A stretch of 61,993 bases of DNA, filler included, from 4 parts of 4 records of this genome joined end to end with filler, not necessarily neighbours in it; one strand, 5' to 3'. Positions 9,274 through 20,378 are shown, counted from the first letter of the whole stretch. The notes: generated by a model from the letters alone, not told the origin. Numbers and translations: made by a program.

Positions 9274-10281
9274 ATGGCCATTCGTGTTGCAATCAATGGT
9301 TTTGGCCGCATTGGCCGTCTCGTCCTGCGTTCGATCATCGAGCATGATCGCAAGGATATCGAAGTCGTCGCGATCAACGATCTCGGCCCAGTGGCCACCA
9401 ATGCCCACCTGCTTCAGTACGATTCCATTCATGGCCGGTTGAACCAGACGGTCGAAGTGGACGGTGACACGATCATCGTTGGCGACCGCAAATTCCTCTG
9501 CACCGCCGTGCGCGACCCCGCTGACCTGCCGCACGCCGAACTGGACATCGACATCGCGATGGAATGTACCGGCATCTTCGCAGACAAGGAAAAGGCCTCC
9601 GCCCACCTGAAGGCTGGCGCCAAGCGCGTGCTGGTTTCCGCCCCGGCCACCAATGCCGACAAGACCATCGTCTACGGCGTGAACCATTCCACGCTGACCA
9701 AGGATGACCTCGTTGTCTCCAACGCGTCCTGCACCACGAACTGCCTTTCACCTGTCGCCAAGGTCCTGAACGATACGGTCGGCATCAAGCGCGGCTACAT
9801 GACCACGGTCCACTCCTACACGGGCGACCAGCCCACGCTGGACCGCATGCACAAGGATCTCTATCGCGGCCGCGCGGCTGCCATGTCCATGATCCCGACC
9901 TCGACCGGCGCTGCCAAGGCTGTCGGCCTCGTCCTGCCGGAACTGAAGGGCAAGCTCGACGGCTCCGCCGTTCGCGTTCCGACACCGAACGTCTCCATGA
10001 TCGACCTCGTCTTTGACGCCGGCAAGCCAACCACGGTTGAAGAGATCAACACCGCAATCAAGGCCGCCGCTGATGGCGAGATGAAAGGCGTGCTCGGCTA
10101 TACCGACAAGCCGCTGGTCTCTGCAGACTTCAACCACGACCCGCACTCCTCCACCTTCGCGCTCGACCAGACACAGGTCATCGAAGGCACGATGGTTCGC
10201 GTCCTGTCCTGGTATGACAATGAGTGGGGCTTTGCGACCCGGATGAGCGATACGGCGCTCGCCATGTCAAAGCTGATCTAG
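9274..10281 (+). CDS. gap: glyceraldehyde-3-phosphate dehydrogenase type I
   Basis: INGFGRIGR, SNASCTTNCL, SWYDNEWGF; RBS AAGGAG. Confidence 0.98.
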   Translation: MAIRVAINGFGRIGRLVLRSIIEHDRKDIEVVAINDLGPVATNAHLLQYDSIHGRLNQTVEVDGDTIIVGDRKFLCTAVRDPADLPHAELDIDIAMECTGIFADKEKASAHLKAGAKRVLVSAPATNADKTIVYGVNHSTLTKDDLVVSNASCTTNCLSPVAKVLNDTVGIKRGYMTTVHSYTGDQPTLDRMHKDLYRGRAAAMSMIPTSTGAAKAVGLVLPELKGKLDGSAVRVPTPNVSMIDLVFDAGKPTTVEEINTAIKAAADGEMKGVLGYTDKPLVSADFNHDPHSSTFALDQTQVIEGTMVRVLSWYDNEWGFATRMSDTALAMSKLI

Positions 10282-10293
10282 CACCCCTCTTCC

Positions 10294-10326
10294 AAGAGCG
10301 CTTCCTGGCCGGGAGGCGCTCTTTTT
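10294..10326 (+). terminator. intrinsic terminator-like hairpin after gap
   Basis: AAGAGCGCTTCCT-GGCC-GGGAGGCGCTCTT followed by T run. Confidence 0.7.
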
Positions 10327-10377
10327 CCATCCCCACCGCATTGCGCCCGCATGGCCGGGCCTATTGGAGATATCCTC

Positions 10378-11574
10378 ATGTCCAGCTTCAAACGCCTTGC
10401 CGATGCCGGTGACCTGACCGGCAAGACTGCCCTCGTCCGGGTCGACTTCAACGTGCCGATGGAAAACGGCCTCGTAACGGATGACACTCGCCTGCGCGCC
10501 GCGGTGGATACAGTCCAGACCCTGCGGACCCAAGGCGCGAAAGTGGCCCTGCTGGCGCATTTCGGACGCCCGAAGGGTGAGCGCGTGGCAGAGATGAGCC
10601 TTGCCCCCGTGGCAGGCGCGTTCGGCAAGGTGCTCGGCTCCAATGTCAGCTTCATCGCCGACTGCAAGGGCGATCATGTCAAAGCTGCCATCGAGAAGCT
10701 CGAACCGGCTGGCGTGATCCTGCTGGAAAACACCCGCTATTATGCCGGTGAGGAAAAAGGCGATCCCGAACTGGCAAAAGAGATCGCTGAGCTGGGCGAT
10801 ATCTACGTCAATGACGCCTTTTCCGCCGCTCACCGCAAGCACGTCTCGACGGCCGTTCTGGCCTCGCTCCTGCCGGCCTATGCCGGCGTGAACATGGAAG
10901 CCGAGCTGGACGCGCTGGACAAGGCCCTCGGCACGCCGGAGCGCCCGGTCCTCGCCGTGGTTGGCGGCGCAAAGGTCTCCTCCAAGATCGACTTGCTGAA
11001 GAACCTCGTCACCAAGGTGGACTCGCTCGCCATCGGCGGCGGCATGGCCAACACCTTCCTGGCCGCGCAAGGCATCAGCGTCGGCAAGTCCCTGTGCGAG
11101 CATGACCTCGCCGACACCGCACGAGAGATCATGCAGGTGGCCGAGCAAAACAAATGCGAGATCCTCCTGCCGGTCGATGTCGTCGTGGCGAAGGACTTCA
11201 AGGCCCATGCCGAGAACCGCACCTGCGCCGTCGATGACGTTGCCGAGGACGAGATGATCCTCGACGCGGGCGTGAAAACCGTCGCCAAGCTGGTCGCCGC
11301 AATGGGCGCCTCGAAGACTCTGGTCTGGAACGGCCCGCTCGGCGCGTTCGAACTGACCCCGTTCGACAAGGCCACGGTAGCCGCCGCCCAGGCTGCAGGC
11401 ATTCGCGCCAAGGACGGCAAGCTGGTTGCCGTTGCCGGGGGCGGAGACACCGTCGCCGCGCTCAACCATGCAGACGCCGCGAGCGACTTCACCTTCGTCT
11501 CCACAGCCGGTGGCGCCTTCCTCGAATGGATGGAAGGCAAGGCCCTGCCCGGCGTCGAAGCGCTCAAGGCCTGA
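10378..11574 (+). CDS. pgk: phosphoglycerate kinase
   Basis: [58 protein letters not shown]. Confidence 0.98.
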   Translation: MSSFKRLADAGDLTGKTALVRVDFNVPMENGLVTDDTRLRAAVDTVQTLRTQGAKVALLAHFGRPKGERVAEMSLAPVAGAFGKVLGSNVSFIADCKGDHVKAAIEKLEPAGVILLENTRYYAGEEKGDPELAKEIAELGDIYVNDAFSAAHRKHVSTAVLASLLPAYAGVNMEAELDALDKALGTPERPVLAVVGGAKVSSKIDLLKNLVTKVDSLAIGGGMANTFLAAQGISVGKSLCEHDLADTAREIMQVAEQNKCEILLPVDVVVAKDFKAHAENRTCAVDDVAEDEMILDAGVKTVAKLVAAMGASKTLVWNGPLGAFELTPFDKATVAAAQAAGIRAKDGKLVAVAGGGDTVAALNHADAASDFTFVSTAGGAFLEWMEGKALPGVEALKA

Positions 11575-11872
11575 TCCTTTTTGAGACAGCCCTGCGGCAT
11601 ATCGCGCGGGGCCTTTCAAATGACAACGTTCCCAGAAAGTGCTGCAGGGCATCAGAAAAATTTTTATGCAGCCTGATTGCGCGGCCGAGCCCGTTAATCC
11701 TGCACGGATTTCGCCCTGATACTTCCCCAGATCGCCTGTAGTGATTACGATTCAGGCGATCTGCGGTGCGGGATTTTCCAGATAGGTAGCCCTGTTGACC
11801 CGTCTGACAGGCACGGTACTTGAATGCAAAGTTTGCAAACTTCACGCATGCAAGGGACGCCCCGTTATTCCT

Positions 11873-12766
11873 ATGACCAATCCACAAATGGCCCGGCAGA
11901 TTGCCGAGAAAAATGGCTTCATCGCAGCACTCGACCAATCCGGCGGTTCCACGCCGAAGGCGCTGCGCCTGTATGGTGTCAACGAAGACGCCTATTCCAA
12001 TGATGAAGAGATGTTCTCGCTGATCCATGACATGCGCGCCCGCATCATCAAGGCGCCTGCTTTCAATGGCGAGAAAGTCATCGGCGCGATCCTCTTCGAA
12101 CGCACGATGGATGGCGAAGTCGACGGAACGCCGACTGCTGAATATCTCTGGAACGAACATCAGGTTGTCCCCTTCCTGAAGGTCGACAAGGGCCTCGCCG
12201 AAGAGGCCAATGGCGTTCAACTGATGAAGCCGATGCCAGACCTCGACAGCCTGCTGGAGCGCGCTGTCTCAAAGGGCATCTTCGGCACCAAGATGCGCTC
12301 CGTCATCCATGCAGCCAACCCGGAAGGCATTGCCGCCATCGTTGCGCAGCAATTTGACGTGGGCCGCCAGATCCTGGGCCACGGCCTGATGCCGATCATC
12401 GAGCCGGAAGTCACGATCACCATCTCTGACAAGGCTGAGGCCGAAGACATTCTTCTCGCAGAGATCACCAAACAGCTCGACGCGCTCGGTGAAGACAAGC
12501 AGGTGATGCTGAAACTGTCCCTGCCGACCAAGGCGAACCAGTATAAATCACTGGTCGAGCATCCGCGCGTGATGCGCGTTGTTGCCCTGTCAGGTGGGTA
12601 TTCCCGCACCGACGCATGTGACAAGCTTTCCCAGAACACCGGCATGATCGCCAGCTTCTCCCGCGCCCTGACCGAAGGCCTCTCGGCCCAGCAGAGCGAC
12701 GAGGATTTCAACACGACGCTGGCCGCCACAATCGACAATATCTGCGCAGCCTCCGCAGCGGGCTGA
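11873..12766 (+). CDS. fba: class I fructose-bisphosphate aldolase (bacterial Fda type)
   Basis: GFIAALDQSGGSTPKAL, FLKVDKGL, GTKMRSVI, PIIEPEV, ALSGGYSR, IASFSRAL. Confidence 0.95.
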   Translation: MTNPQMARQIAEKNGFIAALDQSGGSTPKALRLYGVNEDAYSNDEEMFSLIHDMRARIIKAPAFNGEKVIGAILFERTMDGEVDGTPTAEYLWNEHQVVPFLKVDKGLAEEANGVQLMKPMPDLDSLLERAVSKGIFGTKMRSVIHAANPEGIAAIVAQQFDVGRQILGHGLMPIIEPEVTITISDKAEAEDILLAEITKQLDALGEDKQVMLKLSLPTKANQYKSLVEHPRVMRVVALSGGYSRTDACDKLSQNTGMIASFSRALTEGLSAQQSDEDFNTTLAATIDNICAASAAG

Positions 12767-12787
12767 TCGCTGCAGACAGCTTGATGA

Positions 12788-12815
12788 GAAGGCGGCTCTG
12801 CGGGGCCGCCTTTTT
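12788..12815 (+). terminator. intrinsic terminator after fba
   Basis: GAAGGCGGCTC-TGCG-GGGCCGCC-TTTTT. Confidence 0.75.
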
Positions 12816-12883
12816 CATTTGGCCGCCACATCACCGAGTCTGAGGACTTTCAGCAGATTGTCCGCTGCGCTATAGCGCGCGCC

Positions 12884-13564
12884 ATGAGCACACCTGAAGA
12901 CTATGTCCGCCCGCGCACGCGGCTTTACCTGATCACCCCTCCCCGCATTAAGGATGTGGATGGCTTTGCCGCCCTGCTGGAAACTGCCCTCTCGGCGGGC
13001 GATGTGGCCTGTCTTCAGCTTCGCCTGAAGACCGAGGCTGGAGAAATCGACGAAGCCGCGACCCGCGAGGTCAGCGCTGCCGTGACGGCTATGGCACAGG
13101 CCTATGGCGCTGCCGTACTGATCAATGACAGCCCTCAGCTCGCCGTGGAACTCGGCGCGGACGGCGTGCATGTCGGCCTGGACGATGTGCCGGTGAAAAC
13201 GGCGCGGGAGATCGTCGGCAAGGACATGATCGTCGGCGCCACCGCCAAGAATTCCCGCCACGCGGCCATGCAGGCCAGCGAAGCCGGCGCGGACTATGTC
13301 GCGTTTGGCGCGTTCGTCGCCACCGGCACGAAAGATGACACGGTGGAGGCGTCGCCAGACCTGCTGGAGATCTGGCAGGAAAGCATGGAAGTGCCCTGCG
13401 TCGCGATTGGCGGAATTACCGTCGAGAACGCCGAGCCGCTTGTCATGGCCGGCGCAGACTTCCTCGCCGTGTCCTCCGGCGTGTGGAACCACCCGGCCGG
13501 TGCTCCGGCCGCGGTGGCAGAGTTCAATGCATTGCTGGATCGACTGGATCCATCCGCAAACTAG
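12884..13564 (+). CDS. thiE: thiamine-phosphate synthase
   Basis: LYLITP, LQLRLK, LINDS, GADGVHVG, GADYVAFG, VAIGGIT. Confidence 0.92.
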   Translation: MSTPEDYVRPRTRLYLITPPRIKDVDGFAALLETALSAGDVACLQLRLKTEAGEIDEAATREVSAAVTAMAQAYGAAVLINDSPQLAVELGADGVHVGLDDVPVKTAREIVGKDMIVGATAKNSRHAAMQASEAGADYVAFGAFVATGTKDDTVEASPDLLEIWQESMEVPCVAIGGITVENAEPLVMAGADFLAVSSGVWNHPAGAPAAVAEFNALLDRLDPSAN

Positions 13565-13887
13565 AAGTCTGACGAAGCCGGGCTTGCCGCAGGCGGGGTC
13601 GGGCCGGACTTCATTTCCTTGAGTTCGCGGACATCGTCGCTGATGCGGAAGAACAGCATGTAGAGCTCGCACATGAAGCGCCAGAACAGCAGGCTGATCG
13701 CGCCACCGATGATCGCCGCGATGACGATGCCTATGCCGCCGAGAAAGCTCTGGCTGACCATGACACCGAGCCCCGTCAAAAGCATGATGATGGCGTAGAG
13801 CCCAATCCCCACGAGGCCGATATAGTAGAGTATCTTGATCAGCGTCGTGCCGATCAGCTTGTCAAAAGTGAGCAGGCGTTGAATCAT
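13561..13887 (-). CDS. DUF4282-like small membrane protein
   Basis: [24 protein letters not shown]...[18 protein letters not shown] pattern with two TM helices. Confidence 0.8.
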   Translation of the reverse strand: MIQRLLTFDKLIGTTLIKILYYIGLVGIGLYAIIMLLTGLGVMVSQSFLGGIGIVIAAIIGGAISLLFWRFMCELYMLFFRISDDVRELKEMKSGPTPPAASPASSDF

Positions 13888-14078
13888 TTTGTGTCCCCCA
13901 TATTCCAGTGGAATTGGCATTCTGCTCACGATTGCAGCCATCTGTGAATGGAGGTCGGGGCAAGGAGGGCCGGATTTGTTGCCCAGCCCGCTTGGCAGGC
14001 GCATTAACACACCCCGGCTTGACCGTTTCCAGCCTAGGGCTTACGCCCCCGCCAAACCTTCAAAAGGACACGCCTCCC

Positions 14079-14645
14079 ATGGTCAAGATCAATGGCAACG
14101 AAATCAAGCCGGGCAACGTCATCGAGCATGACGGCAGCGTCTGGCGCGCCCTGAAGACGGCTTCAGTCAAGCCAGGCAAGGGCGGCGCATTCAATCAGGT
14201 CGAGCTGCGCAACCTGTTGAACGGCTCCAAATCCAATGTTCGCTTCCGCTCATCCGAGACCGTCGAGAAGGTCCGCCTGGAGCAGAAAGACCACCAATTC
14301 CTGTTCGCAGACGATGACTCCTTCACCTTCATGGATCAGGAGAATTTCGAGCAGATCATGATCCCGCGGGATTTCATCGGTGATCAGGGCGCTTTCCTGC
14401 AGGACGGCATGGTTGTCGAGATCGAGTTCTATGGCGAGAAACCGATTGGCGTGTCCCTGCCCGAGCAGGTCATCCTCGAAGTCGAGGAAACCGAGCCGGT
14501 CGTGAAAGGCCAGACTGCTGCAAACAGCTTCAAGCCAGCCAGCTGCACCGGCGGTGTCCGCATCATGGTTCCGCCCTTTGTCGGCACCGGCGAGAAAATC
14601 GTCGTCCAGACCGCCGATTCCACTTATCTCCGCCGCGCAGACTAA
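14079..14645 (+). CDS. efp: translation elongation factor P
   Basis: [40 protein letters not shown]. Confidence 0.97.
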   Translation: MVKINGNEIKPGNVIEHDGSVWRALKTASVKPGKGGAFNQVELRNLLNGSKSNVRFRSSETVEKVRLEQKDHQFLFADDDSFTFMDQENFEQIMIPRDFIGDQGAFLQDGMVVEIEFYGEKPIGVSLPEQVILEVEETEPVVKGQTAANSFKPASCTGGVRIMVPPFVGTGEKIVVQTADSTYLRRAD

Positions 14646-14653
14646 GGTCAGAC

Positions 14654-15472
14654 ATGTCCAAGCCCTCCCCCGTCGGCACCGTAATGATCGCAGCTGCTCG
14701 CGCAGCGGGTCGCTCCCTTGCGCGTGATTTCGGCGAAGTCGAAAACCTGCAGGTCTCAAAGAAGGGCCCGGCTGATTTCGTCTCGAACGCAGATCATCGC
14801 GCCGAAGAGATCATCTACAATTCCCTCACCAAGGCGCGGCCAGGCTATGGCTTCGTCATGGAAGAACGGGGCATTGTCGAGGGCACGGACAAGTCCAACA
14901 AATTCATCGTTGACCCGCTCGACGGCACGCTGAACTTCCTGCACGGGCAACCGCACTATGCCGTTTCCATCGCGCTGGAACGTGAGGGCAAGCTGCTGAC
15001 TGGCGTCGTCTATGATGTCGCAAAGAATGAGATCTTCTGGGCCGAAACCGGTCGCGGTGCCTGGCTGGAGAACCGCAAGCTGCGCGTTGCCGCTCGGACC
15101 AAGCTGCATGAAGCGGTCGTTGCCACCGGCACGCCCTGGCATGGCAAGGCCGAAGAGAAACACACGCATTTCGCCCGCGAGATGCTGGCCATGACCCCAG
15201 CCTGCGCCGGTATTCGTCGCTATGGGTCGGCGGCGCTGGACCTGGCCTATGTTGCCGCTGGCCGGTTCGATGGTTTCTGGGAACGCGGCCTGCAGCCCTG
15301 GGACATTGCAGCCGGAATCGTGCTGGTTCGGGAAGCTGGCGGCACGATCACAGAGATTGATGGCGGTGATGTGATGCAAACCGGATCCCTGCTCGCAGCG
15401 AATGAAGACCTGCACCCGCTAATCGAAAAGCAATTGCGCCACGCCGCTGCATTTGCCCGCAAGGCAGACTAG
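14654..15472 (+). CDS. suhB: inositol monophosphatase family protein
   Basis: VDPLDGTLNFLHG, GSAALDLAYVAAGRFDG, PWDIAAG. Confidence 0.92.
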   Translation: MSKPSPVGTVMIAAARAAGRSLARDFGEVENLQVSKKGPADFVSNADHRAEEIIYNSLTKARPGYGFVMEERGIVEGTDKSNKFIVDPLDGTLNFLHGQPHYAVSIALEREGKLLTGVVYDVAKNEIFWAETGRGAWLENRKLRVAARTKLHEAVVATGTPWHGKAEEKHTHFAREMLAMTPACAGIRRYGSAALDLAYVAAGRFDGFWERGLQPWDIAAGIVLVREAGGTITEIDGGDVMQTGSLLAANEDLHPLIEKQLRHAAAFARKAD

Positions 15473-15571
15473 GCCCCTTCCGTAGGGTCGCCCCCCCGCA
15501 AGGGTCAGAAACTCCGTGACACCTGCGTCATTTTTTGGCCTTATGGGCTGAAAAACGGGCAGGAAACAGTC

Positions 15572-17065
15572 ATGACACACTCCGATACGGACGTTTTGAT
15601 CATCGGGGCCGGTCTCTCCGGCATTGGCGCAGCGGTTCATCTGGGCAAGAAATGCCCCGGCCTGGGCTATCAGATCTTCGAGCAGCGTAGCGCAATTGGC
15701 GGGACATGGGACCTGTTCCGCTATCCGGGCATCCGTTCGGACAGTGACATGCACACGCTGGGGTACAATTTCAAACCCTGGACCGAAGCCAAGGCGATCG
15801 CAGACGGCCCGTCCATCCGGAAATATGTTGAAGACACGGCCGATGAATACGGCATCACACCCCACATTCGTTTCAATACGAAGATCGTGGCCGCGAACTG
15901 GTCGAGCGAAGAGCAACTCTGGCATGTGACGCATGAGGATGACCTTGGCGCGCGGGACGTCACGACCTGCCGGTTCCTGTTCATGTGCGGCGGCTATTAT
16001 CGCTATGATGAGGGATATCGTCCGGACTTCCCCGGGGAAGCCACCTATGAAGGCCAGTTCATCCATCCCCAGCACTGGCCGGAGGATCTGGACTATTCCG
16101 GCAAGAAAGTCGTGATCATCGGCTCCGGCGCAACGGCGATGACGCTGGTGCCCGCGATGACCGACAAGGCAGCGCACGTCACCATGCTGCAGCGCTCGCC
16201 CACCTATGTCGTGTCGCGCCCGGCGGTAGACAAGTTCGCAAACTTCCTGCGCAAGATTCTGCCCGATAGCTGGGCTTATTCCTTCATCCGCTGGCGGAAT
16301 GTCCTGTTGCAACAATTCTTTTTCAGGCAGACCCGCGCAAATCCGGACAAGGCCCGGGACCGCCTGGTCGGCATGGTGAAGGAAGAACTTGGCCCCGATT
16401 ATCCGGTCGAGACGCATTTCAATCCCGCCTACAATCCGTGGGAGCAGCGGCTTTGCCTTGTGCCGGATTCAGACCTGTTCAATGCGCTGAAATCCGGCAA
16501 GGCCAGCGTCGAAACTGACCATATCGAGACGTTCACCAAGACGGGAATCAAACTGAAATCCGGCAAGGAACTGGACGCGGACATCGTGGTGACCGCGACG
16601 GGGCTTCAGCTGCAATTCCTGAACGGGGTCGAAGTCTCCATCGATGGCGAAAAGCGCGATCCCGGTCGCATGCTGAACTATAAGGGCGTCATGCTGTCCA
16701 ACATGCCGAACCTGGCGTGTACGTTCGGCTACACGAACGCTTCATGGACACTGAAAGCCGATCTGACGTCTGAATATGTCTGTCGCCTGCTGAATTACAT
16801 GGACCAGCACGGGTATGGCTCGGCGATGCCGAAGCTGGATCATTATCCGAACCAGACAGAACCGTTCGTGGATTTCTCGTCAGGCTATTTCCAGCGCGTC
16901 ATGGACCAGTTCCCTCGCCAGCATACAGAGAAGCCCTGGAAGTTGAATCAGAGCTACAGCGCTGACCTGATGAATCTGCGATTCGGGAAACTTGATGATG
17001 GCGTGCTGAGCTTTACCCCCGCAGAAGAAACGGACGTTCAGCCAGCCTTGCAGGCCGCCGAATAG
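15572..17065 (+). CDS. FAD-dependent monooxygenase, EthA-like Baeyer-Villiger type
   Basis: GAGLSG, GGTWDLFRYPGIRSDSD, IHPQHWP fingerprint, GSGATA, ATGL. Confidence 0.92.
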   Translation: MTHSDTDVLIIGAGLSGIGAAVHLGKKCPGLGYQIFEQRSAIGGTWDLFRYPGIRSDSDMHTLGYNFKPWTEAKAIADGPSIRKYVEDTADEYGITPHIRFNTKIVAANWSSEEQLWHVTHEDDLGARDVTTCRFLFMCGGYYRYDEGYRPDFPGEATYEGQFIHPQHWPEDLDYSGKKVVIIGSGATAMTLVPAMTDKAAHVTMLQRSPTYVVSRPAVDKFANFLRKILPDSWAYSFIRWRNVLLQQFFFRQTRANPDKARDRLVGMVKEELGPDYPVETHFNPAYNPWEQRLCLVPDSDLFNALKSGKASVETDHIETFTKTGIKLKSGKELDADIVVTATGLQLQFLNGVEVSIDGEKRDPGRMLNYKGVMLSNMPNLACTFGYTNASWTLKADLTSEYVCRLLNYMDQHGYGSAMPKLDHYPNQTEPFVDFSSGYFQRVMDQFPRQHTEKPWKLNQSYSADLMNLRFGKLDDGVLSFTPAEETDVQPALQAAE

Positions 17066-17075
17066 GGCTGGTCAA

Positions 17076-17735
17076 TCAGACAGGCTTGAACAGGCTCAAG
17101 GCCACGATGATGGCGATGAATACCCATATCATGACGATCAGGAAGCTTGCCTGATTTTCCAGAGCGCGGACGCGCGCATTGCGCGCGTCGGTCACGCCAT
17201 CCGTTTTCATTTCGCCCCAGACCCGGAAGAAACGGATAAGCTGTAGCCGCACCAGAACGCCAGTCGCGATCACACCGGCGAACGCCGCGAACTTGAATCG
17301 AAGCCAAAGTGGAATTGGCCAATCCCCTCCGATCACACCGATCGACATCAGCAGCAGAACGCCCATCAGCACATAGCGCGATCCACGGTCGAGTGCAGCG
17401 AGCCGGGCCCCTACTGCCGAGTGCCGCACGCGGTGAATGTATTCGACGAAGCCAAGCCAGAACACGCCAAGCACAGCGGCGGCGATCATCAATGTCTGGC
17501 CGCCGGGGACCCAGCCATACGCGGCCAGAAGAATGGTTCCGAGGGAGGCCTGAAGCACCAGCGCAAACCGGACGTGCTGATCCGTATTCATCACATGCTG
17601 CAGCATTCGGTCTCGCGCTTCGAGCGGAGAAGCAACGTCTCGGGTGGCGAACCGGAAAGAGGAATTGATGACCAATTCTGAGCCCAGCCAATATCCCACC
17701 ACGATAATGTGAGCCACGAGCAGCCAATGTATCAT
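17076..17735 (-). CDS. hypothetical membrane protein
   Basis: 219 aa with about 6 hydrophobic segments; no family recognised. Confidence 0.7.
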   Translation of the reverse strand: MIHWLLVAHIIVVGYWLGSELVINSSFRFATRDVASPLEARDRMLQHVMNTDQHVRFALVLQASLGTILLAAYGWVPGGQTLMIAAAVLGVFWLGFVEYIHRVRHSAVGARLAALDRGSRYVLMGVLLLMSIGVIGGDWPIPLWLRFKFAAFAGVIATGVLVRLQLIRFFRVWGEMKTDGVTDARNARVRALENQASFLIVMIWVFIAIIVALSLFKPV

Positions 17736-17898
17736 GCGGTTTCACCCCAAATCCGGTCCAGAGAAGCAGCAGCCAATGAGAGGCGCCCTCATTGATATAC
17801 CTTTCGAGGGTGGCGCAGATTGCTCCATCTTTCAATGGACACGTCATGGCCAGCCGATATCATCCGCCGCGTAGGGGCTTGATGAAGGAACTGGAACT

Positions 17899-18057
17899 AT
17901 GTGGCTTTGGCTATTGTGGTGGTGTGTAGACGATCATCTGGCAGATGCATTGGAAACGCCGGGCCTCGGGGAGCTGCCGATCTGGGTGCCCCTTGTCCTG
18001 TCGCTTGCCTTTGCGTTCACGATTGACGGCAAGGTCAAGAAACTCCGCAAGAAATAA
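17899..18057 (+). CDS. putative small membrane protein (52 aa)
   Basis: MWLWLLWWCVDDHLADALETPGLGELPIWVPLVLSLAFAFTIDGKVKKLRKK; purine-rich GAAGGAA upstream; below ORF-track cutoff. Confidence 0.5.
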   Translation: MWLWLLWWCVDDHLADALETPGLGELPIWVPLVLSLAFAFTIDGKVKKLRKK

Positions 18058-18062
18058 GCGGA

Positions 18063-19895
18063 TCAGCCTTCTGCAAATTGCAACTCGGCGAGGCGGGCAT
18101 AGAGCCCCCCTTTGGCGACGAGTTGGTCATGGTTGCCCTCTTCCACGATGCGGCCATGCTCCATCACGATGATCCGGTCCGCCCGGCGCACGGTCGACAG
18201 GCGGTGCGCAATGACGAGCGTCGTCCGGCCCTCAGCGGCATTGGAGATCGCGCGGCGCACCGCTGCCTCACTTTCGGAATCGAGCGCGGAGGTCGCCTCG
18301 TCCAGCAACAGGACCGGCGCGTCACGCACGAGCGCGCGCGCGAGGGCAACCCGCTGGCGCTGACCACCAGACAGGCTCCGCCCCTTCTGGCCGAGATCTG
18401 TCGCGAGGCCATCCTTCTCGGCGAGGAACTCGAACGCTTCCGCCATGCGCGCGGCATTTTCCAGCAGCGCCTCGTCGGGATTATCGGTCCCGAAGCCGAT
18501 ATTCTGCGCCGCCGTACCTGTGAACAAGGCAGACTCCTGCGGGGCATAGGCAAATTGCTGTCGCCAGTCGCGCGGATCCGCCTGCATCGCGGACACGCCG
18601 TCCAGAACAATTCGGCCTGACTGAACATCGAACAGGCGAAGCGCGAGACGGAAGACGGTTGTCTTGCCCGCACCACTGGGGCCGACCAGGGCAACAAACT
18701 CGCCGGGTTTCACAGACAGCGAGAAATGCTCCAGCGCCGATACGGTCTCATCCCCATAGCGGAAGGTGACGTCATCAAACTCCAACGCGCCAGTCACCGT
18801 CGCAGGCAGGGCCACCGGATGCTCTGGCGCAGTGATCTCGGGTTCGGCGTTCAGAACCTCTGCCGCGCGGTCCGCCGCACCCGCAGCGCGCATGACCTCG
18901 CCATAGACTTCCGCCAGCATTCCGAAGCCTGAACCGGCATAAAGCGCGTACAACACCATGGAGGCGAGATCGCCAAAGCTCATCTCCCCCGTCGCAACGG
19001 CGCGCGCACCAAGCCACAACACACCCACAAAGCCGCCAAACAACAGCACCGACACCAGCACGATCATGATGGAGCGCGCCCCGATCCGCCGCATCGCGGC
19101 CTCGAACGTTGCTTCGACCGCCTCGGTGAAAGCGCCAAGGCGGCTCTGTTCCCGGTTATAGGCCTGCACCAATTCGATGGCATCAAGCGCTTCGGCGGCC
19201 TCTGCCCCTGCATCTGCCAGCCGCGACTGTGCCCGGTTGGACATGGTTCGAATGACGCGGCCAATCGCCATCACGGGCAGCACCGCAATCGGCAGCATGG
19301 CCAGAAGGGTCAGCCCCAGTTTCCAGTTCACGACCAGCATCATGGTCAGCGCGCCGATTGTCGTCAGTAGGGTGCGTGTCGCCAGAGAGGCCGATGACCC
19401 GAGAAATGTCTCGATCAGGGTAATGTCTGCCGTCAGGCGTGAGACCGCCTCCCCCGACCGCATCTGGGAATGATAGCGCGGGGACAGCTTCAGAAGGTGG
19501 GCGTAGAGATCCTTGCGCAGGTCAGCGGCGATCCGCTCGCCGAAACGCGAGACGAAATAAAACCGGACAGCGCCAAGCACGCCAGACAGGATTGCCGCCA
19601 GCGCCACCCAGAGAAATGCGCGGTCGACCAGCGACAGCAATTCCTCGGCATTTCCCTGCGCCGCACTTCCGGCATCAGCAGCGCTGCCCAGAAGCAAGGG
19701 AATGGCAAGGCTGACAGCCGCAGCAGCGACCAGGAAGATCAGCGCAACCGTGACCGTCACCCAGTGACGCGCCACGTAGGGCAGCAGCAAGGCGAGCGGC
19801 TTCAGGGACTTCGCCTTGGGACGATGGACGGCCTCGCCACCCTCCGGCTGCGTTGCACGACGATCGTCTACAAGGGAGCTGTCAGTATCGGCCAT
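18063..19895 (-). CDS. ABC exporter, fused permease/ATPase (MsbA/ExsA-like)
   Basis: N-terminal TM domain; GPSGAGKT, LSGGQRQR, LLLDEATSALD, IAHRLST. Confidence 0.93.
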   Translation of the reverse strand: MADTDSSLVDDRRATQPEGGEAVHRPKAKSLKPLALLLPYVARHWVTVTVALIFLVAAAAVSLAIPLLLGSAADAGSAAQGNAEELLSLVDRAFLWVALAAILSGVLGAVRFYFVSRFGERIAADLRKDLYAHLLKLSPRYHSQMRSGEAVSRLTADITLIETFLGSSASLATRTLLTTIGALTMMLVVNWKLGLTLLAMLPIAVLPVMAIGRVIRTMSNRAQSRLADAGAEAAEALDAIELVQAYNREQSRLGAFTEAVEATFEAAMRRIGARSIMIVLVSVLLFGGFVGVLWLGARAVATGEMSFGDLASMVLYALYAGSGFGMLAEVYGEVMRAAGAADRAAEVLNAEPEITAPEHPVALPATVTGALEFDDVTFRYGDETVSALEHFSLSVKPGEFVALVGPSGAGKTTVFRLALRLFDVQSGRIVLDGVSAMQADPRDWRQQFAYAPQESALFTGTAAQNIGFGTDNPDEALLENAARMAEAFEFLAEKDGLATDLGQKGRSLSGGQRQRVALARALVRDAPVLLLDEATSALDSESEAAVRRAISNAAEGRTTLVIAHRLSTVRRADRIIVMEHGRIVEEGNHDQLVAKGGLYARLAELQFAEG

Positions 19896-20054
19896 TGGGT
19901 GTCTATAGTTCCTTTCAGATTCCCTGCCAGCAACCACTTGCAGAGGCGTCCTGTTTCAGTTACACGCGCCACTTCGAAAACAGGCTGAGACAAGCCCGCG
20001 CACCCGAACACGGCAGAGCGCGGTTGTCATTAGAGTTCAAGAGAGGCGAAGGCC

Positions 20055-20273
20055 ATGAAAAAAGAAGGTCATCCCGACTATCACTTCATCACCGTGGTGA
20101 TGACCGATGGCACCGAATACCAGACACGCTCCACCTATGGCAGCGAAGGCGACCGCCTTGTTCTGGATATCGACTCCAAATCGCACCCGGCATGGACCGG
20201 CGGCGACGGCAAGATGCTGGACCGCGGTGGCCGCGTGTCGCGCTTCAAAGACAAGTTCAAAGGCTTCATGTAA
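20055..20273 (+). CDS. rpmE: 50S ribosomal protein L31
   Basis: [10 protein letters not shown]...[14 protein letters not shown]...GGRVSRF. Confidence 0.97.
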   Translation: MKKEGHPDYHFITVVMTDGTEYQTRSTYGSEGDRLVLDIDSKSHPAWTGGDGKMLDRGGRVSRFKDKFKGFM

Positions 20274-20304
20274 GCGTCCTTCGCTTCGCATGATGCGTAC
20301 AGTG

Positions 20305-20335
20305 GAAAGCCCCGGCCTTTTGGCCGGGGCTTTTC
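20305..20335 (+). terminator. intrinsic terminator after rpmE
   Basis: GAAAGCCCCGGCC-TTTT-GGCCGGGGCTTTTC. Confidence 0.85.
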
Positions 20336-20378
20336 TGTTGATCCCACCATATCTGAATGTCGCGGCAGGACCGGCGGA

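Noticed and set aside
10267-11652. Long antisense ORFs (461 aa here; also 4648-5589, 15419-16417, 35445-36731, 37983-39050, 47068-48036)
   Set aside because: Shadow frames of high-GC genes with clear sense-strand identities.
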